Positions 51,937 to 62,579 are shown, counted from the first letter of the stretch. The stretch is 64,000 bases of DNA from an uncultured Methanosarcinales archaeon (GCA_963843555.1 CAWJKV010000006.1:32001-96000); one strand, 5' to 3'. Notes: a model not told the origin generated them from the sequence alone. A program made the numbers and translations.

Positions 51937-53307
51937 ATGCCGAGCGGTGCGCAGATGTCCATACCAAGGGAGATCAAAGACTTCTTCAGGATTGAGAACG
52001 GTCAGACGCTTCTCATCAAGGGTCTGCCGGGAACAGGCAAAACCACACTGGCCCTGGAAATCATGAACAGCCTGTGCGAGGATAGAAATGGAATGTATAT
52101 ATCCACTCGTATAGATCCGCGCCGGCTCTATGCCACAAATCCGTGGGTCGAAGAGGTTCTCATGCCCAAGAACGTGGTGAACGCGACTCAAACCAAGCTC
52201 CTGGAGAGCCTGAAGGGGATGGGCAAGGATCTATCCAACTATTACGCAGTCCTGGACTTCTTCAAGGTCTTCTTCGACGAGACCGAGGAGATGGATAATC
52301 CCATGATCATCATCGATAGCTGGGATGCAGTCTTGAATTATACTTCTCACCTCATAGGCGAATCTCAGCACAGCTTCGAGCAAAACATCTGCGAGTTTGC
52401 TCGCGATCTGGATACACATCTCATCTTCGTTTCCGAGTTCTCCAATGTGATGCCTTTGGACTACATCGTGGACGGAGTGGTGACCATGGAGCAGTTCCGC
52501 CTGCCCGGCTATGCAAAAGGGAGCATGAGAACCCGCTATGTTCGCCAGATCAAGCTGGATAAGCTGCGGGGGGTGGAGATCGGTCAGAAGACCTATACAG
52601 TCACCTTGCATGGCGGCAGGTTCAGGTTCTTTGAACCCTACCGGGAGCATAAGGATGCCCAGATTGCCATTGACGGAGTCAGGGTTCCAGACCCCGCCGA
52701 AGATAGAATCTCCACCGGGATTCCAGATTTCGATACTGTCACGGGGGGTCTGAAGTACGGATCATGCAATGTGCTGGAGATAGACCATGGTGTGGGCAAG
52801 AGGTACTATCAGATCCTAACGGCCTTGGCGTCAAACGCCATTAAAAACGGTCGAGGCGTCTTTATCCTGCCCAGCATCGGCTATCAGCTCAGCTCGCGGG
52901 ATATCTTTGTGCCCACCAACGTCATCGTCTCCCAGCCGGAAGGAGATGACCCGGTTGCATGGGGAAAAGATCTGCTGGAAAAGTGGGATGTATTGCGGGA
53001 GAGAACAGGCCGTCCCATTCTGAATATCATCGGTCTGGACGCAATCGAGTTCTGCTTTGGCTACAAAGCTGTTCTCAACCTGACCAACCTCATGATACGC
53101 TACTGGAAGGAGACAAACGACATAAATGTGTTCGTGGTGAAAAGTGGCCAGGAGAGTATGAACATGGCCATACATACGGCAGATACCTATTTCCTGGTCA
53201 ATGAACTGAACGGAGGGCTCTGCTTGTATGGAGTCATACCGAGAACCGAGCCGTACAATATGTTATTGGAGGACAGGAACAGGATCAGTCTGACTCCCAT
53301 GGTCTAG
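51937..53307 (+). CDS. GvpD-like / KaiC-RecA superfamily ATPase
   Basis: LIKGLPGTGKTT, IIDSWDA, DYIVDGVV, KLRG; second degenerate domain starting ISTGIPDFD. Confidence 0.78.
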   Translation: MPSGAQMSIPREIKDFFRIENGQTLLIKGLPGTGKTTLALEIMNSLCEDRNGMYISTRIDPRRLYATNPWVEEVLMPKNVVNATQTKLLESLKGMGKDLSNYYAVLDFFKVFFDETEEMDNPMIIIDSWDAVLNYTSHLIGESQHSFEQNICEFARDLDTHLIFVSEFSNVMPLDYIVDGVVTMEQFRLPGYAKGSMRTRYVRQIKLDKLRGVEIGQKTYTVTLHGGRFRFFEPYREHKDAQIAIDGVRVPDPAEDRISTGIPDFDTVTGGLKYGSCNVLEIDHGVGKRYYQILTALASNAIKNGRGVFILPSIGYQLSSRDIFVPTNVIVSQPEGDDPVAWGKDLLEKWDVLRERTGRPILNIIGLDAIEFCFGYKAVLNLTNLMIRYWKETNDINVFVVKSGQESMNMAIHTADTYFLVNELNGGLCLYGVIPRTEPYNMLLEDRNRISLTPMV

Positions 53308-53386
53308 CCTCATCTGTTCCTTTTCTTTGATTTTCCGAATCTTATTTGTCCAGTTTTCGTGCTCTTATTCTCTCCGTTCTCCCTCT

Positions 53387-53902
53387 TCAGGCTCTGGCCA
53401 GGCTCTTTGCCTCGCGGGCGATCTTTGTTGCGGCAGCCTTTCGCATCATCTCCATAAATTCTCTCTGCGTGGCAAAGATCAGAGTTCCTGATGGACAGGC
53501 ACGTACGCATGCAGGCTCGTCCAGGTCCTTGCAGCGGTCGCATTTCACGGCCTTGCGCACCTCCGCCTGGCGGCCTATGACGCCGTAAGGGCAGATCATG
53601 GCGCACATCCAGCAGCCTACACACTTCTCTTCATTGCGATCAACAACTCCGGTGACGGGGTCCTGAAACATTGCACCGGTACGACAGACGGCGACGCAGG
53701 ATGCATCCAGGCAGTGGCGGCAGAGAAGGGGTACATTCTGATTCTCGGCCTTCTCTACATAGATCCGGCGTATGGGTCCCGGCTTCTCGAAGATTGCTCC
53801 AAAGAGGCTCTGAGAGGTCGAGTGCTCCACAGCGCAGGCCATCTCGCAGGACTTGCAGCCCAGGCACCGATCCAAACGTACGAATATCTCTTTCATCTTC
53901 AT
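53387..53902 (-). CDS. cooF: CooF-like 4Fe-4S dicluster protein
   Basis: CLGCKSCEMAC, CRHCLDASCVAVC, CVGCWMCAMICP, KCDRC...CVRACP; overlaps the cooS stop. Confidence 0.85.
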   Translation of the reverse strand: MKMKEIFVRLDRCLGCKSCEMACAVEHSTSQSLFGAIFEKPGPIRRIYVEKAENQNVPLLCRHCLDASCVAVCRTGAMFQDPVTGVVDRNEEKCVGCWMCAMICPYGVIGRQAEVRKAVKCDRCKDLDEPACVRACPSGTLIFATQREFMEMMRKAAATKIAREAKSLARA

Positions 53903-55752
53903 CACGCCAGTCCCAGCTTTTTGCGCTGGCCATCGATGTGATCGATCATGAGGTTTGCCGCCTGGAAGGGATCCGGCTCCACTGCAAAGCATGCACCTAC
54001 CACATCCCTGGCGCCTGAGGTGAGCAGTGCTGCCACAGCTGTGCTTCCCATGACGGGGGGCATGGTTCCCAGCACTGTGTACACTCCTGATCCCACGGCG
54101 TAGGTGCCGATAGCCACAGCCTTCTCGCTCATCCATTCCGGTGCGGCGGCGGCAGCAGGCAGGTCGCTTATGTCCACGCCCAGAGCATTTGCTATGGCCG
54201 CAGCAGCCACAAGAATGCGGCTGATGTCTACACAGGAGCCCATATGCAATACAGGCGGAATGCCCAATGCTTTGCAGACTCCCTTCAAGCCGTCTCCAGC
54301 TTTGTCCGCAGCCTCGGGCTGGAGCAGACCGGCTTTGGCGCAGGCCTGGGCGTTGCACCCCGTGGTGACCACAAGGACATTGTTCTTGATGAGTTCTTGA
54401 ACCATATTGATGTGGCCGTAGTCGTGCGTTATCTTGGGATTGTTGCAGCCGACAACGGCCCCAATGCCGCGAACAGCTCCACTCTTAATGGCATCCAGGA
54501 GCGGATCGAGACTGCCGCCCAATGCTGAGACGATCGTCTCCACCGAAAAGCCTACCATGCACTTAGATCTAATCTCAGGGATATGGACTCTGGCCGGATC
54601 CCGGTTCCGGTAGTTCAGGACGGCTGTCTGGACGATTGCTCTGGCCGTCTCAAGAGCCGTCTCCTCGTGGAATTCCATATGCGAAGCGCCTGGGAACTTG
54701 GCTTTGGGCGAGGTGGATATGAACTTGGTATGGAAACAGCCGGTAAGCGCTCCCAGGGCCGGCATGATGCACTGTACATCCACAACCATGGCATCCACGG
54801 CCCCCGTGGCCACAGCCAATTCTTGTTGCAGGAAGTTGCCAGCCACGGGCACGCCCTGGCGCATGAGAGCCTCGTTTCCTGTGCAGCAGATTCCGGCCAC
54901 GTTGATGCCTTCTGCCCCCTCTTTTCTTGCCAGCTCGATCATCTCCGGGTCATGGGCTGCCGCCACAACCATCTCCGAGAGAAGAGGCTCGTGGCCGTGT
55001 ACAATGACGTTGACCTGGTTGGGCTCCAGAACTCCCAGGTTGGCCTCGGAGAATGCTGGTGTGGGTGTGCCGAATAAGACATCCTGCAGCTCTGTGGCGA
55101 TCATGGAGCCACCCCAGCCATCCGCCAGGGCCGTTCGCAGGCCTTGCAGTATCAGGTTAACATAATCGTTGTCCACGCCCATGGTCGTTCTGTGCATGCA
55201 CTCCACGATCTCTCTGTCAATTCCGCGGGGCTCGATGCCCAGCTTTTTCCATAGCTCCAGCCTTTGGGGAGGAACACGGCGGGTGAACTGGATGGGGCCA
55301 TCTTGCTTGCCAAATTCAGCAAGAATGGCAGATGCTAGCGCCGCCGGGCTGTCCACGCTGTACTCCTTCATCAGACGTTCCAGCTTGGCCGGATCCTTGA
55401 TGCTGTAGGATGGTGCTTTGCCCTCCACAACGAGCTGGAAGGTCCGGGCTACATCCCGCGCGTGGTCGGAGTGAGCTGCCGCACCTGCCGCTATGCTGCG
55501 CAGGAGGTTTCGGGCGACTATGATATCCGATGTCGCTCCGCAAACCCCCATGCTGGCACCCTCCCCAAAGGGATCGATGCGACAGGGGCCCATGTTGCAG
55601 TTGCGACAGCATAAGCCCAGCTCCCCAAAACCACATTGAGGTTGCTGTTTATCTGACCGATCCCATGCAGTTTCCAGGCCGGCCCTCTGGCAGACCTCGA
55701 GCATCTCCTGGCTGGCAGGATCTATGGATCTATTGCGAACGTCCTTGACCAT
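53902..55752 (-). CDS. cooS: Anaerobic CO dehydrogenase catalytic subunit
   Basis: QCGFG...CCRNCNMGPC, HGHEP, GICCTGNE, DVQC, GCNN, MGSCVD and MSEKA. Confidence 0.95.
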   Translation of the reverse strand: MVKDVRNRSIDPASQEMLEVCQRAGLETAWDRSDKQQPQCGFGELGLCCRNCNMGPCRIDPFGEGASMGVCGATSDIIVARNLLRSIAAGAAAHSDHARDVARTFQLVVEGKAPSYSIKDPAKLERLMKEYSVDSPAALASAILAEFGKQDGPIQFTRRVPPQRLELWKKLGIEPRGIDREIVECMHRTTMGVDNDYVNLILQGLRTALADGWGGSMIATELQDVLFGTPTPAFSEANLGVLEPNQVNVIVHGHEPLLSEMVVAAAHDPEMIELARKEGAEGINVAGICCTGNEALMRQGVPVAGNFLQQELAVATGAVDAMVVDVQCIMPALGALTGCFHTKFISTSPKAKFPGASHMEFHEETALETARAIVQTAVLNYRNRDPARVHIPEIRSKCMVGFSVETIVSALGGSLDPLLDAIKSGAVRGIGAVVGCNNPKITHDYGHINMVQELIKNNVLVVTTGCNAQACAKAGLLQPEAADKAGDGLKGVCKALGIPPVLHMGSCVDISRILVAAAAIANALGVDISDLPAAAAAPEWMSEKAVAIGTYAVGSGVYTVLGTMPPVMGSTAVAALLTSGARDVVGACFAVEPDPFQAANLMIDHIDGQRKKLGLA

Positions 55753-56224
55753 ATCAGTACCTCTATAATTACGGCAGAGTATAAATCAGGACAAATTCCG
55801 CCTGCAACTATTTAATGTTAATCTTATTTTATTATAATTATTTCGCAAGAAAAATTTTCGAAGGACTGAAGAAACCATGTGTTTTATAAAGACATGCATA
55901 TCATCGTTGAGCTGGCCAAAGCGGTGATGACCGGAGAGTCTCGTCCTATACGACCTTGACGTTCCAGGCGGTAGATTCGGCAGTGCAAGCGATGTTGCTT
56001 GAGAAGAGACAATCTGGGAAGGAAGGGATTTGCGCCTTGGCTGTGCGCCCTCACGGGTGGTTATTGGCTGGGGTCATCCTTCGCGCCGGAATTTCTTTTG
56101 ACCAGCTTGACCATCTTCCTTCCCTGCTCAATTGATCCCTATTCGCCAGGCATTAAACCGCAGATTGGTTCATACCGCTGATTATCCCAGCCAGATCATC
56201 GGTTGCATTGCTGAGATTTTGCGT

Positions 56225-57667
56225 TTACTGATTCAATGTCGTGGTAACACCGGTCAGGTTTTGAGTCGATTGCTGCAAAGAATCAGCAAATCCTGTCAGG
56301 TTGGCAGATGCATTTGTTCCTATCCCGTTATTGGCGATGAATCCTAAAGTTGATTCCGGGTCTGAATAACCCACCACGAACCCGAGGAAGAGGCCACCGA
56401 AGAAGTCCTCAATGGTGACTATCTTCTGAACACCACTCTTTCGTGCAAAGGCCACGACAACCATTGCGCTGAGGATGATGGCCAATAGAAATCCCGCAGA
56501 AGGATCGGGTTTGGGCTCAGCAAGTGTGAAGCGAACTGCATATCCGGTAATGCCACCAAGTATCGCACCGGCCAAAATGGCCATGAGGTCGGCCTGGATG
56601 GTCAATTCGGATCTAACAGTATCCAGGTGCTCTCGATAGTCTACTCCGTACTTGACTTGAATCTCGAGGTTTAAGGCTATGGGTGTAAAAAGCCAGCGAC
56701 TCTTTGTTTTGAAGACGAATTGCTTGATGATGGAGTCGTCTGGCTGCAGAAGAATAGGCTGCGGCTTCAGACCCACCTTCAGATATTGCAGATCAGGAGT
56801 AGCGATGCCCTGAGCTACACGGCTCTCTGGGTTGCCATTATCTGCCTGCCCTCCTGTCAAATTTTCTAAGAATTCGCTAAGGGCATCCTTCCACCCCTTT
56901 CTATTTTCTTGGACACATGTTTCGAGAATTCTCTTCGGCGAAAAGTCCATGAGATCTACAGGAATCTGAGTCTCCACTGAATACAAAACGATTGGGACCT
57001 CAAAGGGATTTATAATTTTGACGAATACTGAGAACTCGTTACCAGCAATGATAATAGCTCTACCCTCATCAACTTCTATCTTTAAGTCTCCTCTTGATAT
57101 AGAAGGTTTGGCTAGCTGCTCTGAAGGCGTATTTACAATCGTTCCCGAAAACTTTCCAACACTATGCAGAAGGCTGAGCTCGGACATAAGCTGCTTTAGC
57201 ACATATTCCTGTTTGGAGAAGTACTCCTCCATCTTTGTCATTGTATCCGTTTTGGCCAACAGTTTTTCCATGAGGGGCTCGAAGATGCGTTTATCGAACT
57301 CTTCTGCCTCCAGCAGAGTGTGAATTGCGGGAATCAAATCCCCTTCTCTTGGAATGGAAGTCTTCAGGCAGCTCAGCATGAGGTCCTTCTCTCCAGGCCA
57401 GACGTTGGAGAGAACGTCCTTTATTGCATCCTCATCTCCATCGGGTTTCCTCCAATAGTGCTCCACCAGAGGATCTAAGTTGATCTTGATGAGGTAATCG
57501 ACTATTCGCTGAGTTTTTACTTCTTTGAGAATCTCAAAGACATTCTTTTCCATAATCCTTAACTTCTCATCTACTCTTGCTTTCAACATCTCCATAGTCA
57601 ATATTTGAGAGACATCCGGCTTTGTTACAGGATTGCTTTGTTCGCCTGCCATATAGACCCCTTTCAA
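56225..57667 (-). CDS. Hypothetical protein with three C-terminal TM segments
   Basis: 480-aa ORF, AT-richer than its neighbours; helical N-terminus, beta-rich middle and hydrophobic C-terminus. Confidence 0.75.
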   Translation of the reverse strand: MKGVYMAGEQSNPVTKPDVSQILTMEMLKARVDEKLRIMEKNVFEILKEVKTQRIVDYLIKINLDPLVEHYWRKPDGDEDAIKDVLSNVWPGEKDLMLSCLKTSIPREGDLIPAIHTLLEAEEFDKRIFEPLMEKLLAKTDTMTKMEEYFSKQEYVLKQLMSELSLLHSVGKFSGTIVNTPSEQLAKPSISRGDLKIEVDEGRAIIIAGNEFSVFVKIINPFEVPIVLYSVETQIPVDLMDFSPKRILETCVQENRKGWKDALSEFLENLTGGQADNGNPESRVAQGIATPDLQYLKVGLKPQPILLQPDDSIIKQFVFKTKSRWLFTPIALNLEIQVKYGVDYREHLDTVRSELTIQADLMAILAGAILGGITGYAVRFTLAEPKPDPSAGFLLAIILSAMVVVAFARKSGVQKIVTIEDFFGGLFLGFVVGYSDPESTLGFIANNGIGTNASANLTGFADSLQQSTQNLTGVTTTLNQ

Positions 57668-58098
57668 TATTCTATAATCATGCTTTTGTCATATGTCATC
57701 AAGAACAGTATTTTCTTCCCGGGTTACTGGAACCGTATTGGTTGACACTGAATTTATCGAAATGACTATATAAGAAGGATACTCTTAACTACAAAAACGT
57801 TTTTATTTTCTTGTATTTTAATTATATTATTCGATAGTTGACTGAGATAGGCTTAATTGATAAATATTTTGATAGTTTATTTCCGTGTTCAATCTACTCA
57901 TTAATGGATTTGCGACACGAAAACATTTGCATTTAAGAAATATTTAACAGTCTGGACAGCTCACGGTAACAAGCCCTGCAGATATGCTCGCGCGTGCTCA
58001 GGGGCGCGCATGGCTGCGGTACCGCAGGCGCGCTTTTGGTGAGACTGCAGAGGAAGTATTGCCATAGCCATTTCCTTGCGGATAGGGCAGACCGCTTT

Positions 58099-58440
58099 TC
58101 AGTGTAATGCCCGGACGTAATTCGCATGATATTGGATCGGAGATCCGGAAGCTCATGCTTCAATACATCATCCGCAATTTCCCAATCCACGCCGAAATAG
58201 TGGTGTGGACAAGCTTGTTTCTCATGCCAGTCATTTCCCTCCACGGTATCTCCGGATGTGACTTCAACAGATCCTCAGAGACATTTCTGGAAGCCTCTCC
58301 TATGATCTCCAAAGACTTCAAGCACGCCCTGCTGAGAATCTTATCGCCCACCAGGTTCTGCAATTCAACGCCAGCACAGTTATCAGTGAGGAAATCTTCT
58401 CATCGTGCCTCAGGAGCTCTCTGTCCTTATTCAGACCAGA
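58099..58440 (-). pseudogene. HEPN (DUF86/HepT-like) toxin, frameshifted
   Basis: LEIIGEASRNV...HPEIPWREMTGMRNKLVH.YFGVDWEI (Rx4H). Confidence 0.8.
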
Positions 58441-58707
58441 TCACATCCTTCTCCACATATGGCCGGATGCGAGGGTGCAAACCCTTGACAGTGACAAGGT
58501 CCACCTTTCTTTCGAAGAGATCTTCGAGATAAAAGGAGAGGTTCATGAAGTTGCGGAAGGTCGGCTTCTCGAACTCCGCCAATATGTCAATGTCGCTGGA
58601 TTCCTCTGTTCTCCGCGTGAGAAGGAGCCGAAGATGCCAGTCCGTTTTACTGCAAAGCCAGACTTAATATCCAGGATGTGGCTTCTGAGGAGGTCTATTG
58701 CTTCCAT
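58427..58707 (-). CDS. Minimal nucleotidyltransferase (MNT) antitoxin; one frameshift
   Basis: GIFGSFSRGEQ..SDIDILAEF...LEDLFERKVDLVT. Confidence 0.82.
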
Positions 58708-58765
58708 GTTCAATCCAGCTCACTAACTGTTCTATGACGCTAAAAAGATTACTATTTGCCCATTT

Positions 58766-61207
58766 CTACTCCCCCTCAATCCTCTTCTTCCTCTCCTCCG
58801 CCTCTTTGGCCGCCTCCATCTTGCCCAGCACCTTGGCCACCGACCCGATGGCCTCCAGATAGCGCACCATCTGGTCCAGGTAGTTTATCAGATCCCCCTG
58901 GTAGGCGTACATGCCGTACTTGTCAGAAAACTCGTCAATGATCCCTTCCGGGCTCTTGCCTTCCGCCCGCAACTCCAGGATTCGCAGCGAGATGTTCTTC
59001 TGAGCACAGCCGCAATAGGGAGCCTCCTTGCAGGTGCAGCGCAGGAAGTCACGGGAGAAGTCCAGACAGTACTTCTGGATCTTCCTCTCCAGATCGTTAA
59101 GGTCGGAGCTGCTCAAAAGATCCAGAAAAGAGCCATGCAGCGCTCGCTGAGAGATCTGCATGCGCAGCTTCACAGAGATGCGTTCTGCGAACTTCAGGTA
59201 GAGGGCCTCGAAGCTCTCCAGGGCCACGGCTACATCCAGCGGTGACTTGCCCTTCTTAAGCTGCGAGGCGATGATTGTCACCTGATCTGGCGTCAGGAAA
59301 TGGGCGGCTGCTGCGGCGCCAAGGGGCGTGGGCTCAATGCCCTTGACGAGATCCGCTTTTGCCAGCGATTTTAGAGAGCAGTCCAGATCATCCAGTCCCA
59401 GTGTCAGCTCGTGCAGCTTCTCCAATTCCTCTCTGGTGCGCGCTGCCACGGCATTTGCCAGGACCTCTTCCAGCTGCTGCTCCTGGGAAAACTCCGGCGC
59501 CACATCCTCCATCGTCCCGTGTAAAAGCAACAGGGCCATCTCATCCTCAGACTCGCCCCTCGCGGAGGAGAAACGTCGGCCCGGCTCGGCCAGAATGTAG
59601 ACCAGGCCCTTATCGTGGTATCCCGGCCTTCCTGCCCTGCCCAGCATCTGGTTGAACTCCTGCACATTCAGCCATTTGATGCCCATGGCCAGAGATTCGA
59701 AGACCACCTGCGAGGCAGGAAAGTCCACGCCTGCCGCGAGGGCGGCCGTGGTGACGACGGTATGGACTTTTCCCTGGCCAAAAAGCTCCTCGATCCTCTT
59801 TCTCTCCGGGTATTGCAGACCGGCGTGGTAGGCGGCAGCTCCGGGAATGGATTGGGCCAGGTTGTAGCAGTTCTTGCGGGAGTTGGTGAAGATTATGGTC
59901 TGGCCGCGGTAACCTGTCGACGACGTCAGCTTCTGGGCCTCGCTGGCCAGCTCCCGCAAGAGCTTCTTCTTTTCCGGTCCTGAGGAGAATATGAGATGGC
60001 GCTCGATGGGAACCGGCCGCACCTCGTACTCCACGAGCGTCGCCCCCAGGCGTTTGGCCAGCGCACCTGGGTTTCCTACGGTGGCGGACAGGAAGATGAA
60101 CTGTGCTCGAGGTGCCGCATTCTTCAGCCGGGCGATCATCCCCGCCAGCCGGTGGCCGCGCTCTGCATCCTCCAGCATGTGAACCTCGTCGATCACTACC
60201 GTTCCTACTCGCCCCAGGCTCTTCTTGGAGCGTATCACCTGGTCGATGCCCTCATAGGTCCCGGCTATGATGTCGGCATCAAGACTCTGGGCGATCTTGC
60301 GGCCTTTTCCCAGGCGAATGCGGGATACGCCCACCCGGATGGAGGTCTGAAATCCCAGTTCGTTGTAGATGGAGAGCTGATCGAACTTCTGGTTGGCCAG
60401 GGCAACAAGCGGCACCAGAAAGAGCAATTTACCCTTGCCTTCCAGCAGATTCTTGACACCAGCCAATTCTCCGACAAGGCTTTTACCAGTGGCCGTGGCA
60501 GAGACGACCAATTGGTGCCGGCCTTCCAGGAGGCCTGCCTGAACCGACCTGGACTGGACAGGCAGGAGCCGGGTCAATCTGCGGCGCAGCAATTCCATGA
60601 GCTCTTTGGGCAGGTGGAGTGACTCCAGCGGCAGAGTGGGCTCTTCGCGGCTGGCGGGGATGATGTCGAACCTTGTCAGCTCCGGCTCCAGCCTTTGCAA
60701 GGAAAGCAAGCCGATCACGTCGTCCAGGTTCCGTCTCTTCTTCAAGATCCTGGCCAGGTGGGCCTTGGCAGCGCGGCCCAGATGCCGGAAATCCGCCTCT
60801 CGCAGCAATTCTGCAGCAGCGCAGTTCTCGCAGATGCGCGCTCCTTTGTAGGTTATGGCCTCCAAGGGTACGTAAGTCACTTTGCGCTGCCCGAGACAAT
60901 GGCTGCAGACCTGAACAAACCGGTATTCGAGCTGGTAGGACTCCAGCAGCTCGACGAACTTCTTTTCCAGTACCGAGTCTCCACGGGCAAGATATATGGC
61001 ATCCGCTTTGCGAAGCAAACGCATTGCGTCCTCGGGTGGAAGGTACTTCTCCGCGTCAGTTTCCTTTTTGACTAAAAACTTGAAGACCCTCGGCCCTTGC
61101 GGCATATCCTTCAGTCTCAGATGTCCTTCAAAAAGAGTCTTGCTGCCGCTTTGGGGCAATAGCAATATGCGAGACCGATCCGCCTGAGCCAAAACCTGAA
61201 AAGTCAT
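58766..61207 (-). CDS. Archaeal DEAD/DEAH-box (SF2) helicase with C-terminal Cys-containing domain
   Basis: SATATGKS, DEVH, LSATV, YHAGL, QMLGRAGRP; CTC..PYCGC. Confidence 0.9.
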   Translation of the reverse strand: MTFQVLAQADRSRILLLPQSGSKTLFEGHLRLKDMPQGPRVFKFLVKKETDAEKYLPPEDAMRLLRKADAIYLARGDSVLEKKFVELLESYQLEYRFVQVCSHCLGQRKVTYVPLEAITYKGARICENCAAAELLREADFRHLGRAAKAHLARILKKRRNLDDVIGLLSLQRLEPELTRFDIIPASREEPTLPLESLHLPKELMELLRRRLTRLLPVQSRSVQAGLLEGRHQLVVSATATGKSLVGELAGVKNLLEGKGKLLFLVPLVALANQKFDQLSIYNELGFQTSIRVGVSRIRLGKGRKIAQSLDADIIAGTYEGIDQVIRSKKSLGRVGTVVIDEVHMLEDAERGHRLAGMIARLKNAAPRAQFIFLSATVGNPGALAKRLGATLVEYEVRPVPIERHLIFSSGPEKKKLLRELASEAQKLTSSTGYRGQTIIFTNSRKNCYNLAQSIPGAAAYHAGLQYPERKRIEELFGQGKVHTVVTTAALAAGVDFPASQVVFESLAMGIKWLNVQEFNQMLGRAGRPGYHDKGLVYILAEPGRRFSSARGESEDEMALLLLHGTMEDVAPEFSQEQQLEEVLANAVAARTREELEKLHELTLGLDDLDCSLKSLAKADLVKGIEPTPLGAAAAAHFLTPDQVTIIASQLKKGKSPLDVAVALESFEALYLKFAERISVKLRMQISQRALHGSFLDLLSSSDLNDLERKIQKYCLDFSRDFLRCTCKEAPYCGCAQKNISLRILELRAEGKSPEGIIDEFSDKYGMYAYQGDLINYLDQMVRYLEAIGSVAKVLGKMEAAKEAEERKKRIEGE

Positions 61208-61220
61208 TGTAAAATAGACG

Positions 61221-62012
61221 TTATCCTGACGCAAGGTCTATGAGCTCATATTTCAGGCCCTCGGTCTCCAGGCGCGTGAGCAGCCCTGGAATCTGCTCAT
61301 CCACGCTGACGATCAATGAACTGATGCCGTGGTATGCCGCCTCTACTGCGAATTCTTTGGCCCCGAAGATCACATCGGGCTCTCGTCCTGCCTTTCGCAG
61401 CGCCACCAGGGCCTCGATGCCCAAACACCCAACCATCTTCTCTCCAGAGAGATGCCCTTCCAGGAGCTTCAGGTCCACCTTTCTCGAGCCTCCCATCTGC
61501 ACTCGCGGCACTTTGCAGAGAGTTATATGTCCTTCATCCAGGCTTATCAGCCCTCGCAGGTCTGAGACGCCCACATCCTCACCGGCGACGGCTTCACTGA
61601 TGACGACGCCACTGGCATCTATATCCTCTTTTTTGTTGGCATATAAAAGGCCGCTTCTCATCTCCAAAGATACACGTTCGCCCTCGGCAAGATCAAATTC
61701 AGCTATTGCCGTCCAGACGGAGACGTGGCTAATGATCTCCTCCATCACCACTCGGGCATAACGCTTCAGTTCGGCGGCATTCTCCAGCAGCCACTCCACG
61801 CCCTCTTTGGTGATGCTGTAGCGCATCCGGCCATCGGTTGTGACCAGCCCATCCGCCACCAGCTCTTTGATGTACTCGGAGATCGCCTGGGGGGTGACAC
61901 CCAGTTTCTCAGCCACTTCTTTTTGGCGAAGGTTAGGCTGATGGGCGGCTATCTCGACGAGAATCTGAAAACGAGAGCTTTCCCTCTTGCTTTGCAGCAC
62001 ATTGGCCATCAA
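61221..62012 (-). CDS. Winged-helix (MarR-like) transcriptional regulator
   Basis: QKEVAEKLGVTPQAISEYIKEL. Confidence 0.85.
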   Translation of the reverse strand: MMANVLQSKRESSRFQILVEIAAHQPNLRQKEVAEKLGVTPQAISEYIKELVADGLVTTDGRMRYSITKEGVEWLLENAAELKRYARVVMEEIISHVSVWTAIAEFDLAEGERVSLEMRSGLLYANKKEDIDASGVVISEAVAGEDVGVSDLRGLISLDEGHITLCKVPRVQMGGSRKVDLKLLEGHLSGEKMVGCLGIEALVALRKAGREPDVIFGAKEFAVEAAYHGISSLIVSVDEQIPGLLTRLETEGLKYELIDLASG

Positions 62013-62527
62013 AAATCCTCTTCGTAAGGCTCAATGCGCTGGCCCCTCACCGCCAGACCTTCCGTCCTCTTGGCCACACCGCGAATGAAGATTTGACTTA
62101 CTCCCAGCTCCCGAGAAAGGTTGGAGAGAGAGCTATTACCGCCGTCGACCATCTTCTGCAGCTTCTCAGTCACAACTCGCAGCTCCTCATCTGACATAAA
62201 GGTGAGGCTGATCAGCTCGCTCAGATCCTCCATTGAGGCCCCAAAGTTGGCCTGTATGCGAGAGTAAGTGGAATGGTACTCTTTCTCAGGACTAGCCCCG
62301 GGTTCCGGTACCCTCCACTTGGTCTCCACAAGGCCGCTCTTGCGCAGCAACGCCACGCTTCTGTGAACGCTTGACTCGTCTCCCACAAGCGAAACTAGCT
62401 CGCGCTCAGTATGCCAGTCCCGGCTCAATTCATCGAAGATTTTTTTATGGACATTGGAGCCGAAGGCTTGCAACAATGGGACCAGATCTGAAGGGTCGTT
62501 GATGATCCGCGTTCTCTTTCCCGTCAC
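62009..62527 (-). CDS. ArsR-like HTH protein
   Basis: INDPSDLVPLL...GLVETKWRVP...PEKEYHS. Confidence 0.78.
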   Translation of the reverse strand: MTGKRTRIINDPSDLVPLLQAFGSNVHKKIFDELSRDWHTERELVSLVGDESSVHRSVALLRKSGLVETKWRVPEPGASPEKEYHSTYSRIQANFGASMEDLSELISLTFMSDEELRVVTEKLQKMVDGGNSSLSNLSRELGVSQIFIRGVAKRTEGLAVRGQRIEPYEEDF

Positions 62528-62579
62528 AAAGAACCTCGCATTGGTATTATGTCTCTGGTTTGATAAAGCTTTTGAAGAT

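Noticed and set aside
53903..54358. N-terminal extension of the cooF ORF in the ORF track
   Set aside because: It overlaps cooS in another frame; the ferredoxin domain starts at 53902.
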